Source: a virus (lineage: Duplodnaviria; Caudoviricetes). Taken from it: DNA of 30,101 bases. The notes under the pieces were generated by a model, which saw nothing but the letters and a program-made list of their open reading frames with translations, was not told the DNA's origin and did not search any database. The stretch covers positions 1 through 30,101 of IMG/VR virus record IMGVR_UViG_3300027756_000034. The stretch is one strand, 5' to 3'. This document shows, in pieces, positions 18,101 to 26,787 of this stretch. A program made the position numbers and the translations under genes. Numbering within the stretch: the first letter of the stretch is position 1; each line of letters opens with the position of its first letter.

Positions 18101-19163
18101 AGAGTTTAATAATACAGTGAATGGCGAGCATTTCATTGAACATCGCTGGAGATCTAATCTTACTGCTGGCTATGTAGAGTTTGTTTGGGAAGTTGTTCGA
18201 GCAAACAATGCAGAGCTTATTGTAGACGGTGCTATTACCGCTACAAAGGTAGCAGCCAATGCGATTACTGCTGACAAGATCGAAGCCAATGCTGTTACTG
18301 CTGATAAAATTATAGCTAATGCGATCGTTTCGGATAAAATCGCGGCGAATGCAATTATAGCAGGAAAAATTGCTACTAATGCTATTACAGCAGATAAGAT
18401 TGAAGCTGGAGCAGTTACTGCAGCTAAAATTAGTGTTACTAGTCTATCCGCAATTACCGCAGACGTTGGCACTCTTACTGCTGGTATTATCCGTAATACT
18501 TCTGATAGTTATAGAGTTGATGTTACTAATGGAAGAACCATCGTTCAAACTGGATCTTTTATGAAAGTTAGTGGAGCACCTTTTGGTTCTAGTAATCAGT
18601 TTATTGAATGGTATGGTCCATACTTTGCCAGCTTAAGCTCGTGTACTGAAGCTAACGCTACTTACTATCTTAAGACAAATGGCTCCGCGTATTTTGGTGG
18701 TACATTGTCCGCCGGGGTACTTAAAAACGCTGCTCAAAGTACTTCTGTGGCTAGTGATGCTTCTATTACTGTAGGAGACTTTTCTTCAAATGGTGGTGTA
18801 AAGACCATTACATTATCTTATGAATATGCAAGAGGCTACCAATGTAATACAAACACAGGCGCTATAACTGGATCTAGTAATATAGCAGTATTAATAGAGA
18901 AATCCATTAATGGGGGTAGCACTTGGACGACTCTAGCGACTCTTACTGTTCCAGATACAGAAAGAACAGTTGAAGTAGAGCCACCAGATTTTGATAGAGT
19001 ACAATATAGAGCTTCAGCATCGACTACTCTTACTGATAATACTGGAGCAGGCAATATGAGACTAAGAGCCAGATTAACATCACGTACACTACCTACATTA
19101 AGTGGTACTGGTATCTTTAATTTTGTAGAGACTCAGAATATATCTGTAATCTCAATAGAATAA
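15183..19163 (+). CDS. Central tail fibre / adhesin in the T5 pb4 position; modular, with decapeptide-repeat stalks and two putative carbohydrate-binding jelly-roll domains
   Basis: 1326 aa; duplicated 89-aa module, (ANAITADKIA)n repeats and aromatic-rich inserts; TAAGGT SD and ATGA overlap. Confidence 0.8.
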   Translation: MTSVYYSSFEPSEDSGAKGTAAFASVTAASLTVPSSVVPTLADGTGGVYSSSGGFMVVKRSDEVLAATYSVVSRTPSSPTWISINASTGAYTVTDPLTDSASAVLRATVDGTNYDLTYTLAKVKKGVDGAVGSSNAIVYLYQRAATQPAAPSGTFTYTFATGVLSGGTPGSWTQAIPANNGQPLWVIAATASATTATDTIAANEFSSPVVLAQDGTNGTNGLNSATVFLYQRAATAPAVPNANTTYTFATGLLSGAAIGSWTQTVPAGTDPLYVTTATAVATTATDTIANTEWATVRVLAQNGSNGSPGTAAVSGYLTSESVSVFAYANGVVTSYAPATGSFVILSGTTDISTNFTLSTVTNPQTLTVTYTNRVYTVSAGFDANEDTASLTIRATGSGAWAGITVDKVFSLAKTKGGYEIVSSLPGSGDPRRFEGSIVFLTTDDKLYRFEGTNWTAAVPAVDITGQILNAQIADNAITEGKVVNSAIISAKLADSAVTSGKLADLAVTSGKIGAGAVSSAKLAIGVGGNMLIGAVPSTNPNKWNIAGYNPDSVTYRNNGFGIFLSYTYGGAAGNEWTLSDNSTFAIYQDNAFSGGAGLADFYPSTLSSVSGSVNYYFPVVVNKTYEFSVFTGAHRCKFGLFMGWVNSSGNFISFTTEDVNDEAQLGGTTLSGYKRLISRGTAPAGAVSVQLIYRKYHTKPGQSDSWVFLNRPMFGETVANATEALPYSLPSPGIIHAEQLINSSIASGQIAANAIISDKIAANAIVSDKIAANAVTAGKIAADSITANEIAANAITANEIATNAITAGKIEANAVTADKVAANAITAAKISAGAITATKLTLTNGSAVDPDPNFFDPFWWGWGDDAQFVETTASNSSQPYRYTFVGNGGGVRDYSSENVPVEKGAWFRTRLRIYISPDAAGWIAPTWHWPGQFYNTPAPYTTRADVDNNAFPVIDMANTVIPKGQWVTYVNTREFNNTVNGEHFIEHRWRSNLTAGYVEFVWEVVRANNAELIVDGAITATKVAANAITADKIEANAVTADKIIANAIVSDKIAANAIIAGKIATNAITADKIEAGAVTAAKISVTSLSAITADVGTLTAGIIRNTSDSYRVDVTNGRTIVQTGSFMKVSGAPFGSSNQFIEWYGPYFASLSSCTEANATYYLKTNGSAYFGGTLSAGVLKNAAQSTSVASDASITVGDFSSNGGVKTITLSYEYARGYQCNTNTGAITGSSNIAVLIEKSINGGSTWTTLATLTVPDTERTVEVEPPDFDRVQYRASASTTLTDNTGAGNMRLRARLTSRTLPTLSGTGIFNFVETQNISVISIE
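15576..16110 (+). repeat. Tandem duplication of an approximately 89-aa (267-bp) module in the fibre
   Basis: TACCAAAGAGCTGCTACA occurs at 15603 and 15870; protein LYQRAAT.P..P....TYTFATG.LSG...GSWTQ..P occurs twice. Confidence 0.9.
17380..17705 (+). repeat. 30-bp-period decapeptide repeat block (IAANAI/VTADK); related blocks at about 16570-16755 and 18215-18485
   Basis: About ten consecutive degenerate units are visible in the protein and the DNA. Confidence 0.9.
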
Positions 19164-19167
19164 AAAT

Positions 19168-19203
19168 AGCCCCGCTAGAGCAATCTAGCGGGGCTTCTTT
19201 TAT
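19168..19203. terminator. Bidirectional intrinsic terminator between convergent operons
   Basis: AGCCCCGCTAGA-gcaa-TCTAGCGGGGCT, with an A-run upstream and TCTTTTT downstream; GNRA loop. Confidence 0.92.
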
Positions 19204-19418
19204 GCGTAAAGCTTCTTCAGTTGCTCATAGCCACCAATAGGCTTACCATCTACAAGGATGTAAGGCACTGTCTTAGCATCTGGAAACTTCTCAATAAATT
19301 CATCACGAGTAATGTTATTACCAATTCTGGATTCAGTGAACTCCATTCCTAGTCCTTTTAGTAAGATCTTAGCTTGCATACAGTATGTGCAGCTTTGCTT
19401 CGTATAGATCTCAATCAT
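19200..19418 (-). CDS. grx: Glutaredoxin (RNR reductant)
   Basis: 72 aa; CTYC active site, TVP and IGGY motifs; ATGA-coupled to nrdB. Confidence 0.93.
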   Translation of the reverse strand: MIEIYTKQSCTYCMQAKILLKGLGMEFTESRIGNNITRDEFIEKFPDAKTVPYILVDGKPIGGYEQLKKLYA

Positions 19419-20509
19419 AGCTTAAACTCCTTAAACATATCAGCAGATACATCCTTGTCTACTCCGCCCACAATGTAAGACGTAATTTCTGTCTCTTGTG
19501 GAGCTACTTGAACATCAGAACCCGCGATCCACTTTTGTGTCCAAGGTAGAGGATTACTCTTTGTACCGTATACTGGTGGGTATCCTAGGGCAACTAGTCG
19601 CTTGTCAGCAATCCACTCAACGTAGTTGCATAGAAGCTTTTCGTTAAGTCCAATGACTGAGCCATCCTTAAACAGATAACTGGCCCATGCCTTTTCTTGA
19701 TCTACTACGCTCTTAACAAGTTCCATAACTTCCGGACGAAGCTTCGTGCGAATAGCAGCGAACTCAGGATCATCTGTTGGAAGAATCTTCAACAGCTGCT
19801 GAGTCGAACCCAAGTGAATGTTCTCGTCCCTAGCAATGAACTTAATGATCTTAGCATTACCCTCCATCTTTTTAAGCTCAGCGAAAGCCCAAGAACAAGC
19901 GAAGGAAACGTAGAAACGAATACCCTCTAGGAAGTTCACGGCATTGAGACACATCCAGAGGGCCTCTTTGTGCGCTGCCTGCATATTGAACTGCGTGTAC
20001 TTAGGATTACTCATGAACTCATTGAGTTCAATAAGTTCATCATAGTACTTACTAATATCGCCAGCACAATCCACAATCTCCTTAATATTCATAATCTCAT
20101 CGAATACTATAGAAGGATCTGGATAAACATTCTTGATAATCCAAGTGTAAGACTTGGAGTGAATCGTTTCAAAGAAGGCCCAGGTTTGAATCCAGTTCTC
20201 TAACTCTGGAAGTGAACAGATAGGTAGAAGCGCCACTGATGGCGCCCTACCCTGTACTGAGTCCAGTAGAATCTGTCTTTTTAGATTGCTAGTGAAGATA
20301 TGCTTTTCATGGGGTGACAGTGTTTTAAAGTCTCCACTATCCTTCCCTAGCTCGACCTCTTGGGGTCTCCAAAAGAACCCTAGCTGCTTTTCTGTTAGCT
20401 TGTCGAACTGTGGATACTTCATAACGTCATAACGAGCAATGTCTAGTTGTCCGTCGAAGAACGCTGTTTTGTCTAGATGGGACTTGTTGTCCGTGTTAAA
20501 TACTGTCAT
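19415..20509 (-). CDS. nrdB: Ribonucleotide reductase class Ia beta subunit
   Basis: FFWRPQEV, QILLDSVQGRAP, ETIHSKSY, EGIRFYVSFACS, DENIH, VQVAPQETEITSY. Confidence 0.97.
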   Translation of the reverse strand: MTVFNTDNKSHLDKTAFFDGQLDIARYDVMKYPQFDKLTEKQLGFFWRPQEVELGKDSGDFKTLSPHEKHIFTSNLKRQILLDSVQGRAPSVALLPICSLPELENWIQTWAFFETIHSKSYTWIIKNVYPDPSIVFDEIMNIKEIVDCAGDISKYYDELIELNEFMSNPKYTQFNMQAAHKEALWMCLNAVNFLEGIRFYVSFACSWAFAELKKMEGNAKIIKFIARDENIHLGSTQQLLKILPTDDPEFAAIRTKLRPEVMELVKSVVDQEKAWASYLFKDGSVIGLNEKLLCNYVEWIADKRLVALGYPPVYGTKSNPLPWTQKWIAGSDVQVAPQETEITSYIVGGVDKDVSADMFKEFKL

Positions 20510-20511
20510 CT

Positions 20512-22767
20512 TTACACCTTACAGGAATCACAATCCTCTTCCTCTACAACTATTGTAGATGGCATGTTAACTTCTTCTCCTGCACCATCATTCGTATTGA
20601 AATAGTACAGGGTCTTTAAACCGTACTTGTAAGTCATTAATAAGTGACTTATAAGGACAGACATGGGCAGTTTATCGTCTGGATAAAATGCCGGATTGTA
20701 CGACGTATTTGTCGAGATAGACTGGTCAATGAACTTTTGCAGAACCGCCATAATCTTGATGTAACCTTCTGGAGACTTTTGATCCCAGAGAAGTTCGTAC
20801 TTAACGTTGCCAATATCAGGCACAACTTGCTTAAGAACTCCGTCCTTAGACTGTTTAACTGATACTAGACTCCGAGGAGGCTCGATACCGTTTGTAGAGT
20901 TGCTAATCTGTGAAGATGTTTCAGAAGGCATTAGCGCCATAAGAGTGGAGTTATAGATACCATTCTCATACAACTGGTCACGTAACGAGTCCCAATCCAT
21001 CTTGTAGTTCGGCGCAACTAGTTCGTCTACAGCCTTCTTATAAGTATCAATTGGTAGAACACCATATTCATACTTAGTCTCATCAGACTTTGGACACGCT
21101 CCAAACTCCGCGGCCAGATCAGCAGATGCCTTAATCATGTAGTATGACCAAGCTTCTGCGTACTCATGCACTAAGTCCAGATTAGGATCAGAGTAGTTTG
21201 AGCCGTTCCTAGCAAGCCAGTAAGCAAAGTTAACGATACCAATACCTAGTGGTCTACGGTTTAGCGTGGCTAGTTCCGCTGCTAGAATAGGATACTCTTG
21301 TGTGTCAATAAGAGCATTGAGTGCTCGTACTGCTAGTTCACAGGGACGCTGAAAGTCTTCAGGCTTCTGGATGTTACCCCAGTTGATGGCGGCTAGAATA
21401 CAAAGCGCAATCTCACCCTGATCGTCCCAAAGATTATCAATCGGAGTAGTTGGCAGAGTAATCTCTTGACACAGATTACTCATTCGAACAGGAACTGTGA
21501 AAGAGCTATGTGTATTAGCGTGATCTACATTCATGATGTAGATACGACCAGTATCCTTGCGCTCCTGCATCAGGCTAGAGAATAGTTCTAGTGCTGATAC
21601 CTGCTTCTTGCGAATAGTAGGATTAGCTTCGGCTTCTTCATACAGCTTCTGGAACTCGTCATTGCTGCTAAAGAACGCATCATAGAGTCCTGGAACATCG
21701 CTAGGACTGAATAGAGTAATTACTCCACCTTGCAGCAGACGCTCGTACATCAGCTTATTAAGCTGAACAGAATAGTCTAGGTGACGAACTCGGTTGTCCT
21801 CAGTACCCTTGTTGTTCTTGAGAACCAGTAGGTCTTCTACTTCTAGATGCCACATAGGGTAGTGAAGGGTAGCTGCACCACCACGAACACCGCCCTGTGA
21901 ACAGCTCTTTACAGAAGACTGGAAGAATCTATAGAAGGGAATAACCCCGGTATGCGCTGTGTCACCAGTACGAACTGGAGACTTGAGAGCACGAATAGAT
22001 CCTGCGCCAATTCCGATGCCTGCCTTCTGTGATACATACTTCATAATCGCAGAGCCAGTTGCAGAGATTGAATCTAAACTGTCTGCGGTTTCGATAAGAA
22101 CGCACGAGCTGAACTGACGCTGTGGCGTTCTTGCCCCAGCCATGATTGGCGTAGGAAAGCTAAGATCAAAGTTTGACAGAGCATCATAAAGCTCCTTTAC
22201 CCACTTTAGCCGCTCCTTCTTGTAGCTAACAAACAAGGTGGCTGCAATGAGCATATTAGCCATCTGAGGGGTCTCGAAGATCTCGCCACTGGCACGATTC
22301 TTTACTAGATACTTGCCACGCATCTGCTCCATAGCAGCGTAGGTTAGCTTAGTGTCCCTCTCGTGATCAATATAATCACCTAGAATCTTCCAATCTTTCT
22401 CGGAATAACGCTTTAGAAGCGCTGGGTCATAGAACCCTAGATCGACTACCTTACGAAGGTGATCTACTAACTCAGGTGGGGTATAATCCCCATAAACTTC
22501 CTTACGAAGCTGATAGTTGATTAGGCGACCAGCTACATACTGATAATCAGGAGACTCCTCCGAGATCAGGTCTGCTGTCGCCTTAATCATAGTTTCATGA
22601 ATGTCCCTAGTTTGGATACCGTCATAAAACTGAATGTGTGAGGCCATTTCAATAGCACTCACCGAAACGCTGTCCAGATCCTCACAAGCCCATTCAAGAA
22701 CCGTGTGAATCTTGTCAACGTTTAGTTCTTCTAAGCGTCCATCGCGCTTTGTTACTTTAATCATCAT
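20512..22767 (-). CDS. nrdA: Ribonucleotide reductase class Ia alpha subunit with N-terminal ATP cone
   Basis: VTKRDG ATP cone, QFSSCVLI, SCSQGGVRGG, SNLCQEI, LYY, C-terminal CDSC. Confidence 0.97.
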   Translation of the reverse strand: MMIKVTKRDGRLEELNVDKIHTVLEWACEDLDSVSVSAIEMASHIQFYDGIQTRDIHETMIKATADLISEESPDYQYVAGRLINYQLRKEVYGDYTPPELVDHLRKVVDLGFYDPALLKRYSEKDWKILGDYIDHERDTKLTYAAMEQMRGKYLVKNRASGEIFETPQMANMLIAATLFVSYKKERLKWVKELYDALSNFDLSFPTPIMAGARTPQRQFSSCVLIETADSLDSISATGSAIMKYVSQKAGIGIGAGSIRALKSPVRTGDTAHTGVIPFYRFFQSSVKSCSQGGVRGGAATLHYPMWHLEVEDLLVLKNNKGTEDNRVRHLDYSVQLNKLMYERLLQGGVITLFSPSDVPGLYDAFFSSNDEFQKLYEEAEANPTIRKKQVSALELFSSLMQERKDTGRIYIMNVDHANTHSSFTVPVRMSNLCQEITLPTTPIDNLWDDQGEIALCILAAINWGNIQKPEDFQRPCELAVRALNALIDTQEYPILAAELATLNRRPLGIGIVNFAYWLARNGSNYSDPNLDLVHEYAEAWSYYMIKASADLAAEFGACPKSDETKYEYGVLPIDTYKKAVDELVAPNYKMDWDSLRDQLYENGIYNSTLMALMPSETSSQISNSTNGIEPPRSLVSVKQSKDGVLKQVVPDIGNVKYELLWDQKSPEGYIKIMAVLQKFIDQSISTNTSYNPAFYPDDKLPMSVLISHLLMTYKYGLKTLYYFNTNDGAGEEVNMPSTIVVEEEDCDSCKV

Positions 22768-23600
22768 TTAGCTCCAAACACTAGTCTACGACCAATATCT
22801 TGAACATTATTGTGTCCAATAGCTTCTTGGGAGAAACTAATCAGATCCATAAGTTCATAGTTTAAGGGAATCTGATCTCGGTTATCATTGACTGCTTGAA
22901 TAAATTTTTGCTTGCCGGCTAATGGGCAGGCATCATAAATATCCATAGCCGAACCATATTGCTCGATGAGAGCGGCAGCACGCTTAGGGCCCACACCTGG
23001 AATACCCGGAATGTTGTCACCAGAGTCGCCCATCAAAACCTTGTAAGAAATGTATTGCTCTGGAGTCACAGGGTAATCCCAAGTATCTAGAGTAACTTCT
23101 TTCCGAGTAACCGTAGAAAACCGCGATACATTAGGACCAACAAGAAGATCCCAGTCACGATCAGAACTGATAAGCCAAGCTTGATCGAAACCATAGTCAT
23201 GTAGCCGAGATACGAGATACGCTGCAATATCGTCCGCTTCGACACCTTGGTATCTAAAGAGCTGAATTCGAGGGTGCTTGTCGAGGGTTTCGAGGACTCG
23301 TTCATATTCATCAAAAAACTTTCTAGATGCTTCTTTTTCTTCTGCGGTCTGCTTCTCGACAAGTTCTTTACGATTAGCTTTGTACTCTGGAAAAAGTGTT
23401 TTGCGGTAAGAGGAACCACCCCAGTCTGCGGCGGCAATGATAGTGCCAGCATTATAGGATTTAGCTAGAGACATTACTGTAGCGACATACTCTTCTACAA
23501 ACTTGCTAGCGCCTGAATGCTTCCAGCGAAAGGCAACGTTCATGCAGTCAACAATCATCATGTTGCTGTCTGGTTTTACTTCTTGGGTAAATGTAGCCAT
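22764..23600 (-). CDS. D15: 5'-3' exonuclease / flap endonuclease (T5 D15-like)
   Basis: VD..N.AFR, YKANR, GVEADD, SSDRDWD, GDSGDNIPGIPGVGPKRA; ATG 23600 (MATF) preferred, start uncertain. Confidence 0.93.
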   Translation of the reverse strand: MATFTQEVKPDSNMMIVDCMNVAFRWKHSGASKFVEEYVATVMSLAKSYNAGTIIAAADWGGSSYRKTLFPEYKANRKELVEKQTAEEKEASRKFFDEYERVLETLDKHPRIQLFRYQGVEADDIAAYLVSRLHDYGFDQAWLISSDRDWDLLVGPNVSRFSTVTRKEVTLDTWDYPVTPEQYISYKVLMGDSGDNIPGIPGVGPKRAAALIEQYGSAMDIYDACPLAGKQKFIQAVNDNRDQIPLNYELMDLISFSQEAIGHNNVQDIGRRLVFGAK

Positions 23601-24016
23601 GTTATATTTTCTTTCTTTATCCATTCACTAGCTTCCATAATATAGCAGTTTAGCCACGGAATGTCAAGATACTTCTCAACGTTCGCTGGCTTTATATCCG
23701 TACTTACGAATAGCTTTGATCTGTTATACTTAAAGAATAACAGAGGGCTGAGTGGCTTTGCTTGTTTCTGTAGTTTAGTCCACCACTGAACAAAGTCATT
23801 TGTTTTATTTGTGAGAATCTTATCCGATATGGGAGACTCCGCATAGTTTTTTACTTCGATACAGAATACATTTCTATACTGAGGTATCATGAGATCCCCC
23901 TTTATATTACCACTACCTGATCCGGGAGTATAGTCAAAAGTATAAGGAGTCTCCTTTTCAAGAAACTCCTTAACTAACTTCTCACCTACTTTACCTTTTT
24001 GGCGAGGATTAACCAT
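23576..24016 (-). CDS. D14: D14-like PD-(D/E)xK nuclease (putative Holliday junction resolvase)
   Basis: R.KG..GE, TPGSGS...KGD, IEVKNY and WW motifs; position between D13 and D15. Confidence 0.85.
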   Translation of the reverse strand: MVNPRQKGKVGEKLVKEFLEKETPYTFDYTPGSGSGNIKGDLMIPQYRNVFCIEVKNYAESPISDKILTNKTNDFVQWWTKLQKQAKPLSPLLFFKYNRSKLFVSTDIKPANVEKYLDIPWLNCYIMEASEWIKKENITWLHLPKK

Positions 24017-25814
24017 TTTCGATCCAGCTTACACCATCCCGCTTTTTGATCTTTAGTTTATCTACTAAAGGATGCGTCCATGAGTGACTGACTAAGAAAG
24101 TATTAAGTCCTTCCTCTTGAAGTAGAACTTCTACTAGTCGTTCTCGTCCATAGTCATCAAGCACACTAATGACTTCGTCAAGGAACAATACGTTAATTGT
24201 ATTCTTCGAGATACTAGACATTAGCTTTCTGATGGCGAGTAAGGTAGAAATATTAATTCTTGCCATTTCCCCTGATGATGGAGCAGAGATACTGATCTCT
24301 TTCCCTTCATCTGTGACAATGACGTTAAGTTTGTCAGAACTAATTGAGAACTCGATTGTAAATCTGCCATCTGATAACTCCGCTAGATACTCGTTAGTGT
24401 GAACTTCTAAGTCCTTGACTAGGTTCTCTAACTTATAGGCGATCAGACCATTGGTACTAAATGCCTTCTTAAGAACTTCTAAGTTTTTATACTTGTCAGT
24501 TAAGAATACTAGTTGTTCCCTAGCTTCCTTCAGTTCTTCGGAGAATTTTTCATTCTGTTCTAGATACACGTTTATCTTAGAGTTATGCTTTAGCGCCTCG
24601 TTATTGATAGCCGTTACCTTAGAAATCTCGGCGTCCACCTTAGCTAGTGTATTCTTTATTACCACTAGCTCTTCCTCAATATCAGAGGCGCTGAGTAGTT
24701 CAGAACTAAGACTGGGATTAAGAGTAGCGTTTAGTTGCTCCCACTCCTTTATCTGTTCCTGAGTCATATCAAAGAGACGATTATTCTTTTTGATACGATC
24801 TACCTCTGCTTCTAGCTCCTTAATGCGAGCCGTATATTCATTAGAATTAGTAGTATTACTATTAAGTAGACCATCATAGAATTCTTTATCAATGTCCTGT
24901 AGACACGTAGGACACTTATCCTTTAGACCCTTTAGCTTTTGCACTACAGCGTCAGCAGATTGCTTTGCAGATTTTAACTGTCCAATGTCACCCTGAATAT
25001 CATCATAGGATTCTTTTGTGACATTGACATTTCTAAGTTCTTCTATATCAATGGCATCTATGAGTTTACGAACCGTATTATTTTTCTTAATAGAATCGTT
25101 GTGCGATTTTATGTTAGATAATTTTGAGTTCAGATTACCAACTTCAGAGCTAAAATCTGGTCGTTCTGGTAATTCCTCAATATCTTTTAATTCCAAATCT
25201 AGCTTAGAGTTATTAGATAGCCACTTATTGATAGTTTCGATTCGAGAGTCGAGTGAGGTCACTTCCGTCCCTAGGGACTTCGCGGCCTCTTTAAAAACCT
25301 CAAACAACTTCGTATAGTCTTCGAGGTCAAATAGATCGATCAAGAATTTTTTTCGGGCTGTGTCTGTGGCAGTCAAAAACGCGAGAGAAGAATTTGTCGA
25401 TTGATAAATCAATTGTTGGAATGTTTTGAAATCCATTCCTAGTAGTTCTTCGATCTGCTTGAATGTATTAGTAGCTGTGTGACTGCTAATATCAGTGCTT
25501 TCATTCAAAAGCTTGATCTTGATGGCACCACTTTTTCTAGCGATATCTACCGTGTATTCTTGACTATCAATCGAGAATACTAGTTTAATATTGTAGCTTC
25601 CATCCAATAGTCTATTTGGAATGTCTGCTTTCTTAGCTCCCTTTGAGTTTTTATTATAAAGGGCTTCTTCCATAATAAGTGGAATAGAAGACTTTCCAAA
25701 CCCATTAGGAGCAATAATCTGAGTAACTGCTTCTTTGCTTAGATCGACTTTATTATTGTCACCAAAGCTAAAGCACTTATCCCACTCTATTGATTGTAGT
25801 ACTACCGTACTCAT
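24009..25814 (-). CDS. D13: SbcC/Rad50-like ATPase (T5 D13)
   Basis: Walker A NGFGKSS, Q-loop, coiled coils with CPTC zinc hook, SSGE signature, Walker B LFLDE, VSH. Confidence 0.93.
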   Translation of the reverse strand: MSTVVLQSIEWDKCFSFGDNNKVDLSKEAVTQIIAPNGFGKSSIPLIMEEALYNKNSKGAKKADIPNRLLDGSYNIKLVFSIDSQEYTVDIARKSGAIKIKLLNESTDISSHTATNTFKQIEELLGMDFKTFQQLIYQSTNSSLAFLTATDTARKKFLIDLFDLEDYTKLFEVFKEAAKSLGTEVTSLDSRIETINKWLSNNSKLDLELKDIEELPERPDFSSEVGNLNSKLSNIKSHNDSIKKNNTVRKLIDAIDIEELRNVNVTKESYDDIQGDIGQLKSAKQSADAVVQKLKGLKDKCPTCLQDIDKEFYDGLLNSNTTNSNEYTARIKELEAEVDRIKKNNRLFDMTQEQIKEWEQLNATLNPSLSSELLSASDIEEELVVIKNTLAKVDAEISKVTAINNEALKHNSKINVYLEQNEKFSEELKEAREQLVFLTDKYKNLEVLKKAFSTNGLIAYKLENLVKDLEVHTNEYLAELSDGRFTIEFSISSDKLNVIVTDEGKEISISAPSSGEMARINISTLLAIRKLMSSISKNTINVLFLDEVISVLDDYGRERLVEVLLQEEGLNTFLVSHSWTHPLVDKLKIKKRDGVSWIENG

Positions 25815-26736
25815 TAAATACTCCCATTATAGATTCAACTTGATCTTCTGGTAACTCTTGAATATATCGCAAGTACTCAGCCAGTTCTTCTGGAATAGTC
25901 ATCTTCTTATCCAGAACTAGCGCCGTATCACTCTTGCGCTTCACAATCTTCTTGTCCAGAAGCTCAGTGTTATCTATCTTCGCCAAGTCCTTGATGTTAC
26001 CTTCTAACTCATAGATTGTATGATGAAAATCTGTAGATACCATTTCTTCTGGCGAAGTTACTGTTCTACGTATTAGCTGAGGTAAATCAAAGGCATGCCA
26101 AGTCCAATCCCAATCACTATCAATTATGATGTATCCAGTGTCTACTTCGTTCCTATGAAAGGATGTAGTCATTGGGCTACCCGGATAAACAATGTTTCGC
26201 TGGGTATTAGAGTGTGAGTGTAAGTCACCAGCAAAAACTACAGGAAACTTATCTAGCCACTCTAAGGGAATCTCTGGCTTTACGTGTGGTGGAATCTCTC
26301 CACGAACATGAGTAAACACTGGTCTAGGATCTAGATCTTGCCATGTTGTTTCGTGCTTTACGTATTCATATGGAACTACATAAAACTCATCGTGTTTGAA
26401 TATATAATCTACTACCACTTCTACTAAAGGATTGAGACTTTCTGAGACTTCTTTAAGCTCCGTAAAGAAACTCTTTCCTTTCTTTGTAGACTCGTGATTT
26501 CCCGTTGAGATTATTGTACGTTTCTTTCGCTGAGCAATAAACTTAAAGTAAAGTTTTAGCTCATCTAGATTGGGCATACGATCAAATATATCTCCGGGGA
26601 TGATAATTTGATCAACCTGTTTTTCAGCTTCGGCGACTTGTTTAAAGAATAACTCGTATCTGTTATACGCCCACTCTTTTGGAACATTCTTTTGCCCTAG
26701 CTTTATATGTACATCAGCAATTAGTAATGTTTTCAT
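25777..26736 (-). CDS. D12: SbcD/Mre11-like metallophosphoesterase nuclease (T5 D12)
   Basis: ADVH, GDIFD, GNHE, GDLH, YPGSP; start moved to ATG 26736, which follows a GGAG SD. Confidence 0.93.
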   Translation of the reverse strand: MKTLLIADVHIKLGQKNVPKEWAYNRYELFFKQVAEAEKQVDQIIIPGDIFDRMPNLDELKLYFKFIAQRKKRTIISTGNHESTKKGKSFFTELKEVSESLNPLVEVVVDYIFKHDEFYVVPYEYVKHETTWQDLDPRPVFTHVRGEIPPHVKPEIPLEWLDKFPVVFAGDLHSHSNTQRNIVYPGSPMTTSFHRNEVDTGYIIIDSDWDWTWHAFDLPQLIRRTVTSPEEMVSTDFHHTIYELEGNIKDLAKIDNTELLDKKIVKRKSDTALVLDKKMTIPEELAEYLRYIQELPEDQVESIMGVFNEYGSTTINRVG

Positions 26737-26745
26737 AATACTCCG

Positions 26746-26783
26746 AATAAGAAGCCCAGGACACTTCATGCGTCCTGGGCTTA
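26746..26783 (-). terminator. Hairpin/terminator after D11 (probably partial)
   Basis: AAGCCCAGGAC...GTCCTGGGCTT 11-bp arms; short U-rich tail on -, ACTTTTT on +. Confidence 0.7.
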
Positions 26784-26787
26784 CTTT

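Noticed and set aside
16592-18564. Repetitive alternative-frame ORFs (17416-17709 +, 17426-17695 -, 18170-18472 -, 18370-18564 +)
   Set aside because: By-products of the decapeptide repeat, which happens to lack stops in other frames.
19415-22767. Introns, inteins or homing endonucleases in nrdA/nrdB
   Set aside because: Both ORFs are continuous, of normal length and 2 nt apart.
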